Positions 53,677 through 64,000 of a stretch of 64,000 nt of DNA are shown piece by piece. The DNA comes from the human T2T-CHM13v2.0 reference genome, Homo sapiens. Made by a program: the position numbers and the translations under genes. Numbering within the stretch: position 1 is the first letter of the stretch; each line of letters begins with the position of its first letter. The DNA lies in NCBI RefSeq assembly GCF_009914755.1, contig NC_060925.1; one strand, 5' to 3'. Under the pieces are notes generated by a model. The model ran no database searches and was not told the DNA's origin. It saw only the letters and a program-made list of their open reading frames with translations.

Positions 53677-53945
53677 GCTCTAAGGTGATCTTTAAGAGAC
53701 TAATACCAAAAAATGTATAACTAAAAATTCTCAACTAGTCAAGAACAAGAAGATGAGGAGGAGGAAGGTGACAATAGGAAAGGAGAAGTAAAGAAACAAA
53801 GATAAATGAGACAGAAAACAAAAGGCAAGATGGTAAGTTTAACTCTAAATATATGAGTACTTATATTAGATGTACATGGACACTCCAAATAAAAGAAAAA
53901 TATTGTCAAAATGACGAAAAACAAGATCCAATTGTGTGTTTTTTA

Positions 53946-54336
<391 letters not shown>

Positions 54337-54338
54337 CT

Positions 54339-54749
<411 letters not shown>

Positions 54750-54812
54750 TCAAAAGCAACATAAAACAATCCTAAATTTGTATGCACATAATAACATAGT
54801 TTCACAATATAT

Positions 54813-54948
54813 AAAGAAGGAAGGAAAAAGGGAAGGAAGGAAGGGAAGGAAGGAAGGGAAGGAAGGGAAGGAAGGAAGAGAAGGAAGCAAGGGGGGAGGG
54901 AGGAAGAGGGAGGGAGGAAGGAAGGAAGGAAAGAAGGAAGGAAGGAAA
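54813..54948 (+). repeat. Polypurine (GGAA/GGGA)n tract
   Basis: ~136 nt of purines with a single C. Confidence 0.95.
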
Positions 54949-55682
54949 TAAAATGAATGATCTGTTAAAAAAAAAAAAAGACAGTATTCATAATTAAAAC
55001 CCTTTCCACAAAGAAAATTTCATGCCTAGATGGTTTCACTGGAGAATTATTCCAAACATTTAAGAAAAGAAATAACACCAATATGAACAACTCTTTAAAA
55101 CTATAGTGAAAGAATGAACGCTTCTCAACTCATTTTATGTAGCCAGCATAACTCTAACACTTGACAAAGACAATATAAAAAAGGAAAATTGCAGGCCAAT
55201 ATCTCCCATGAATTTAGATGCCAAAATCCTGAAGAAGGTATTAACAAATTAGACCTTGTGATATGTGGAAAGGATAACATATGATGACCAAGTTAGATTG
55301 GAAGTAAAGTGGGTTTAACATTTGAAAAATCAATTAATTTAATTACCACATTAACACAATAAGAAGAAAAACAATATGATAATCTCAATAGCTACAACAA
55401 AAGCATTTGATAAAGTTTAACACCTATTCCTGATAAAAACTTTCAGCAAACTAAGAAAAAAAACTTTTAAAGACTGATAAAAAGCAACTGCACAAAGCCT
55501 ACCACTAGGATATAGGGGTAACACTTTCCCCCCGAATTTGGAAACATGACAACAATGTTCACTACTATCTATTTAGTATAATACTAGAAGTCCTAACCAG
55601 TGCAATAAAAAAAGTTCAAGGTATAAAGATTGGAAAGAAAGTAAAAAATACATTATTGCAGATAACATATTGTATATAATAG

Positions 55683-56059
<377 letters not shown>

Positions 56060-56861
56060 TTAATTATATTTCTATATACTAGCTACAAATAGTGGAAAGT
56101 GAAATTTATAAAGCAACACCATTGACAATAGTGCTTAAAAAGCCAATACCTAGGAATAAATCTACCAAAAGATGTGAAAGAACTTTACAGTGAAAACTCC
56201 TAGACATTGCTAGGAGAAACTGAAGAAGATCTTCATAAAAAGATAATTTATGTTAATGGAGGAAAAAACCTTAATAATAATAAGATGCCAATTTCCCACA
56301 ACTTTATCTATATATTAAATGCAATCCGAATCAAAATTCCAGGTTTGAACTTTGTGGAAATTGACAAGCTGATTCTAAAATTTATATGCAAATGTAAAGG
56401 ACCTAGGATAGCCAAGATAATCTTGACAAAGAACAAGATTTTAAGACTTACTATAAAGTTAGAGTGATTATTGTGGTATTGGCACAATAATGGTGCAGAA
56501 TAGGGACTTCAGAAATAGATTCACACATGTACAGTCACCTGATTTACAATGAAATTGTAACTGTAATTAAGTAGAAAAAATTTTTTTAAACAAATGTTGC
56601 TAGACAATTGAATACCTGTATGAGAAACAACAAAACTTAACCTCTAACTCATACCATCCATAAGAGTAGTTGAGATGAATCACGAATCTAAATATGAAGA
56701 CAAAACAATAAAGTTTATGGAGGAAAAACATAGAAGAATATCTTTATGACTTTGTTGTAGACAAAGATTAATCAGGATACAAATAAACACTAACTGTAAG
56801 ATAAAAATTAATAAATTGAGCTTCATTAAGAGCTTTAATTCATCAAAAACACCAGTAAGAA

Positions 56862-57122
56862 GGCCGAGGTGGGTAGATCACCTGAGATCAGGAGTTCAAG
56901 ACCAGCCTGGCCAACATGGTGAAACCCCGTCTCTACTAAAAATACAAAAAATTAGCCGGGCGTGGTGGTGGACACCTGTTATCCCAGCTACTTGGGAGGC
57001 TGAGGCAGAGAATTGCTTGAACCCAGGAGGCACAGGTTGCAGTGAGCCAAGATCGTGCCACCACACTCCACCCTGGGCAATAAGAGTGAAACTTCGCCTT
57101 AAACAAACAAACAAACAAAAAA
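56862..57122 (+). mobile_element. 5'-truncated Alu (AluSq-like)
   Basis: Starts at GGCCGAGG; (AAAC)n tail; CAGTAAGA on both flanks. Confidence 0.9.
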
Positions 57123-58199
57123 CCAGCAGTAAGAGAGTGAAAAGGAAGGCAACAACGCAGAGAAGAGATTCAAAATACATACATATAACCTTTGTTTGTA
57201 TCCTGAGTTTATACAGAATTCCTACAAATAAGATAAAAGAAAACATTTTTTAAACATTAAAATGGACAAAAGAATTGAACAGGTCCTCCTAACAGAAGAT
57301 ATTCAAGTGACCAATAAGTAGCCACATCATTATCATCGGGGAAATGCAATTTACAACTACAATGAGATATCACACCCCACCAGAATAACTAGTAATGAAA
57401 AAATTAAGAATCGAAGAAAATGTAGATCAATTAGAACTCATACATTGATGGTGAAAGTATAAATTGGTACAACCATTTTAGAAAACTTTTTGGCAGTATC
57501 TACTAAGCCCAGAAATCCAATTCACTGCAAAAGAACCCACTCAAAAGAACTGAATGCATATATGAATTCAAACAACATATCAACATATGCAAAGAACATT
57601 TATAGTACTTTTATTGTAGCAAACAAATGAAAACAATGCAAATGTTAGTGAATAGTAGAATGTACAAACTGACAAAATCATACAACTAGAGACTACCCAG
57701 CAGTAAGAAAAAAACACCTAGTACTGCGATGTATTAACATGGATGAATCTCACAAATATTATGATGAGTGAAAGAATAATTTTTTTAAATTTAGAAAGAG
57801 TATGAGAGAAGGCAAAATTAATCCATGGTAATATAAGTTAGAATAATTGTTGTCTGGATGAAGGATAGTTATAGATAAGAAAGAGGCATGAGAGAATCTG
57901 GAGTGCTAGAAGTGTTCAATATTTTAATCTGAGTGGTAGTTACAGAGGTGTTTACATATTTCCATTCATAGAGTTTTAGACTTAATGCACTTTGCTGTAT
58001 GTATATCTCATACAACCTCAGAAAATGGTAGTATGGCTACTACAAAACCGTCTAACAATGTGTCATATTCAGAATAAAATTTTAAATCATAGGATTTTCT
58101 TGAAAACACTTCTTGACCTGGACTTTGCCTTTCCAGAAATATTTCTGCACTCTAACAATAAGCTCCTGTTTACTGGCTATACCAAAATATTTAGTGTTT

Positions 58200-58575
58200 T
58201 TTAACAATATACCACACACTCTTTAACCTCTTTGCCTTTGCAAATGCTGTTCTTTGCTTGGGATATACTTACCATCCTCTTATTTTACCCTAAATGTTCC
58301 CTAGTAATTTCCACAAAATTTGCATCTTAATTCAGTCATTACCTTATCCAGATAACCTTCCCAAGCCATCTCAGGTGTAATTAGGCACATCTTTGCTATG
58401 TTCTTTTAGCACCCTATCATAGCATTTTCAAACTGTATTAAAAGCTTTTCTTATTTTTCTGACTCTCACTAGATTATAAAGTCCTTGAGAATGGGCATTT
58501 TTGTTTTGTTTTAAAAATATTATTAGTATATAGCATAGGGTCTGACATAAAGTAGGCACAATAAGAGTTTTTGTA
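58200..58575 (+). mobile_element. L2 3' end fragment
   Basis: GCCTTTGCAAATGCTGTTC...CTAGATTATAAAGTCCTTGAGA...AGTAGGCACAATAA. Confidence 0.6.
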
Positions 58576-60739
58576 AGTGTCGGAACAAGAAAACAATTAG
58601 GGAAAATCCTAGTCGGTTCTATATTGAGTTTCTCCTGCATGTTCAGTAGTAGATTGGGGCTTTTCTATGGTCCACAGGCTCAGAAGACACAACCCCATTA
58701 TTACGGACTTGAATATTGCAAAGATGGTACTAAATTTACTTTCTTTAGTTACAGGGAGACATTCAAACACAGAAAATTGTTCATAATCCCAGAAACCATT
58801 TTATCAGCCAAGTGACCTAAATACTGGATAGAAAATTCTGTCCACGGCAGGCCCAACAATCAGTAGATCTACTCTCTTTCCTTAAGAGTAGCCATGAGAA
58901 CAAGGAAAACTGGGACAAATTAGGCTAACACAGCTTGTTCATATGCTCATTCATCAGGAACACAATGGCATTAAACATTAGAAAACACAGAAATGGCTGT
59001 CTTCATAGCACTTTTAAAGCTCATTTATCATAGTTAAAATTTTGAAAAGACCCATCTTCATTTAATAATCATCAAAAATAAATTCTCCTAAAATATCACA
59101 ACAGTTATACAGGATTATCTTTTATGCTGAAATGATGGATATTTAATTGGTAAATAAATATATACCTACAATTCAGCCTAGTTGTGTTACTATAGGTCAA
59201 TACACTTTTTTCCTTTAAATCAATAGATGTTCTCAGTAACACACCAAAGCTACTAGAAATCATGTTTGGTCTCTATCTACATTTTTAAAGTAACTTTTAA
59301 ATGGAAAACATTAACTTAGCAAAGGTGTAGTCAAACGTGTTTTTAAGACATGATTATCACATTTATTTCATTGTAAACCACTTTTTAAAAACTAGAAACT
59401 GAGCTAAAATTCTCAAAGGACATAAATTGGCTGCTAGTTAATCTCTCAGAATTCAATGTTAAAATCTATTGTAGTTGCTTATTTTGTTGTAATTTATATT
59501 TGAGATTGCCTTATCCATTACATTCCTCTTGATTTTGATAGCGATCTAATGTAAATTTTTTAGCCAGATGATCTCTAGAATATGTTATAAAGTCTGGCAT
59601 AGATTAGTCTAAACAACTTATGATGTTTTAATAGCAGGAAATTCTATTGCTGAATTTGTTAATATCCATCTACTTCTACTAGAATTTTAATAGTAATTTT
59701 GCTTTTGTAAACATAAGGTCAAAAATATTTGGGAATGTGTATGCAAAACCAAATTTGGAAGAAAATGAACCACAGTAAACTTTTAACAGAAATAGAACTT
59801 GAGAATTTAGAAATTTATCATTTTAATGACATTAGAAATAAGCATTTTTCCTAAGAAGCCACCTGTAACACATTAAGTATAAATCATAGTTTCTTAAGTG
59901 CTGTTTTGGGACCTTTGTGTTGCAATTCCAGATGCATAAGTTAAGTTGGTTAAGCAAGGGAATTGTTGCATTTGGGGTAAGCAAAAAGAAAGTGATGAAA
60001 GCCAGGTCTTAAAATAAGTTAGGGGTGAAACACTTTGGAATTTAAACTTCATATACAGTACATGTAGGGGAAAACAACAAAATAATTAAGTTTTTAATGT
60101 GTAAACATTAAACATTTACATAGCACAGGATCATTAATTCACTGACCTTATTAGATTTATTATTTTTAAATTATGGCATGAAAAAACTCCCTGCTATTTA
60201 AAAATAAAACAGCACCAAAAGATCAAAATGAAAATAAAAACTATGTATTTCAACATTTAAATGTACGGTATAAAATAGAATTCAATCTTAAACCTAGAGT
60301 CCCTTAAAACCTTTACTAAAAATCCTCATTATTTTTTAATAACACTTTTATAGTGCTTACAACATACCTGTTACTGCTCTAAGCATTTTACAAATATTAA
60401 GTCATTAAATCTTTGTAATAACCTCATCAGGTAGGAACTATTATCCTCATTTTACAAATGAGGAAACACATTGCTTTTGTCTAGATAAAGCCTCAAAGAT
60501 ATGGAAGTTAATTGACCAAGATCACAAAGCTTTAATAGTAAGTGGCAGAGCCACACCTAAACACAGACAATCACTCCAAAGTCTATGATCTTATCAAATA
60601 TATGTTCTGCTGCCTTCCCAAAATCTAATATCAAGCCTTCAGAAAGTTAACTAGTATCAGAAAATAGTAATATTTGAAAATTTTTAATTGAATGAAATGT
60701 CAAAGAATCTAAAGGCTAAGGAGATACACTATATTCAAC

Positions 60740-61620
60740 TAAAACTCCTCATAAATACTTGAACTCTTCATGAAGATCTTCAAAAAAAGATCATATAGAC
60801 TTTACTTCAATACCTCCAGTGACAGGGAACTATATTAAGGTAGACAATTTTATTTCCTGAAATCGGCCTCCTGTAAACTACCATATTTCTTTTAGAAGTA
60901 GGGTCTCGCTCTGTTGCCCAAGTGGGAATGTTTTACCCTGTTTCTATCCTATCTTCTAAAGTCAAACAAAATTAATCTCCCTTCTCTTTTACACTGCTGC
61001 CTTAAAATATGTGACGAAACCAATTATGTTCTAATTCTCCACCCCCCCACCCTTGGTTAAATATTCTATTTCCTTCAAAATTTCTTCATGTACACAGTGG
61101 AATTTCCTCACATTTCTACTTTTTTGTTTCTGGACATGCTCCAATTTTTCTTCTATCTCTTAAAGTGCACCATTCCCAAACTGAATTCCATATTCAAGAA
61201 GTATTTTGACCACAGTAGATTAGCACCATTATCAGTCATTCTATTTTTACTTTTTTATATTTATTTTTTCCTAATCTTCAGGAACCCCAATCAACCATTC
61301 ATTCTAAATGGTATTCATGTAGATGAATATTGACTTTTTAGACAGCAAAAACATATAGGTTCATATCAAGTTTACTACAAAATAATGCCTCTATGATATT
61401 TTCCACATATATTGGAGCTAATAAACTTGATTTTTGAAAATAAATTCAAAATTATTTACCCTTATGAAATTATTATAAATCAGTATCTTATTAGAAATCA
61501 GTCAGTCCATTATTCCAGCCTATTGAGATCCTTTAAAATCTTGATGATCTTACTTAGCAAGTTAGCTATCCCTTCTAGCTTTTCTCAACCAAATCATTGG
61601 GAAACTATCAATATTTATGA
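60740..61620 (-). mobile_element. CR1/L3-like remnant
   Basis: AATACCTCCAGTGACAGGGAACT and CCCAAACTGAATTCCATATTC motifs typical of L3; recognised by eye. Confidence 0.5.
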
Positions 61621-61622
61621 TA

Positions 61623-61934
<312 letters not shown>

Positions 61935-62124
61935 TAGAGTATTGTTTTTAATATAATTAAATACTCATCTTTTTTTATTACTTATCAAGTAAACATGCCC
62001 TGTGTTATACACCATCTGTTGTCAAAGTAGATTAGGTCCAGAGAGAGTTAACTGAAATCCAGACATGATATATAATGGTTTTCTTCTTCTAATAAAAGTC
62101 TATTAATAATTTCTTCTTTTAAAA

Positions 62125-62262
62125 TTATTTATTTATTTATTTTTAAAGAGATGGGATCTCATTATGTTGCCCAGGTTGGTCTCAAACTCCTGAGCTCAAG
62201 TGATCCTCTAGCCTCAGCCTCCCAAAGTGCTGGGTTACGGGCATGAGCCACCATGCTTGGCC
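62125..62262 (-). mobile_element. Alu monomer (FLAM-like)
   Basis: Single arm; TSD CTATTAATAATTTCT. Confidence 0.85.
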
Positions 62263-62368
62263 CCTATTAATAATTTCTAATGACACTACTCAAAAGAAAA
62301 GAACGGGATTATTTTATATGGTTTCTTATGGAACACAGGTTATGGGCAAGCATGATTGAAAAAGATTT

Positions 62369-62697
62369 AGGCCATGTGCAGTGGCTCATGCCTGTATTCC
62401 CAACACTTTGGGAGGCCAACGCAGAAGGATTGCTTGAGCCTAGGAGCTCAAGACCAGCCTGGACAACATAACACCACCTTGTCTGTACTACAAAAAAGGG
62501 AAATAAAATCAGCCAGGCTTGGAGGCGAGTGCTTGTAGACCCAGCTACTCAGAAGGCTGAGATGGGAGGATTGCTTGAGCCCAGGAGATCAAGGCTGCAG
62601 TGACCAATGATTGCGCCACTGCTCTCCAGCCTGGGCATCAGAGCAAAACCATCCATACCCCCATCTCAAAAAAAGAAAGAAATGAAAAAAAAAAAAA
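62369..62697 (+). mobile_element. Alu (AluJ-like)
   Basis: Diverged dimer; TSD-like AAAAGATTT. Confidence 0.88.
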
Positions 62698-62859
62698 GAT
62701 TTGAAGAACAAGGTATCACAACCTGAAAGTAATTCTAATTCTGTAAACCTGTTAAAAATGCAAAAAAATACTATCATGCATAAATGAAGGATAATATGTG
62801 GCAAGCATTTTGTAATTATCCTTCTTCACGCTGGGTAGATACTTATTAGATTGTGAGCC

Positions 62860-62976
62860 ATGTAATACATGCTTGCCTTCCCATCATTTTTTGCCATGAT
62901 CATAAGTTTCCTGAGGCTGCCCTAGCCATGCTTCCTGTACAGCCTGTGGAACCATGACCCAATTAAGTCCCTCTCT
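62860..62976 (+). mobile_element. MaLR LTR fragment (MST-like)
   Basis: GCCATGATCATAAGTTTCCTGAGGC...GCCATGCTTCCTGTACAGCCTGTGGAACCATGACCCAATTAA. Confidence 0.75.

Positions 62977-64000
<1,024 letters not shown>

Overview
This is vertebrate (human-like) genomic DNA, recognisable as the FAF1/CDKN2C locus (human 1p32.3). The only protein-coding gene I can reconstruct is CDKN2C (p18INK4c, + strand): a ~1.2 kb non-coding first exon ending at 9780, then coding exons 10250-10378 and 13774-14151 (129+378 = 507 nt = 168 aa plus stop, ankyrin repeats, canonical GT/AG sites). A CpG island at the window start is most likely the divergent FAF1 promoter/5'UTR; this is inferred from known synteny, as no FAF1 CDS is in the window. 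A third CpG island lies ~3 kb downstream of CDKN2C with no assignable gene. I found no Alus in ~6.2-25.6 kb. Elsewhere the sequence is dense in repeats: ~35 Alu copies or monomers, L1 of several ages, L2, CR1, MaLR LTRs, MER47, MER33, MER20 and a hAT transposase fossil. Nearly all other ORFs in the track are Alu/L1 translations or GC-rich noise. I found no convincing new multi-gene system. The best leads are small regulatory architectures around CDKN2C: (1) a splice-spanning in-frame uORF ending one codon before the p18 AUG; (2) a UGAUG stop-start and U_UUU_UUU site leading into a 180-codon leader ORF; (3) a stop codon inside AATAAA fused to a 9-bp hairpin; (4) a candidate far-upstream first exon at the FAF1 promoter; (5) the orphan CpG island with splice donors; (6) a 3'-deleted L1PA that keeps an open ORF0-like frame and an antisense splice donor. 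Repeat subfamily names come from my recall of consensus sequences and repeat boundaries are approximate.
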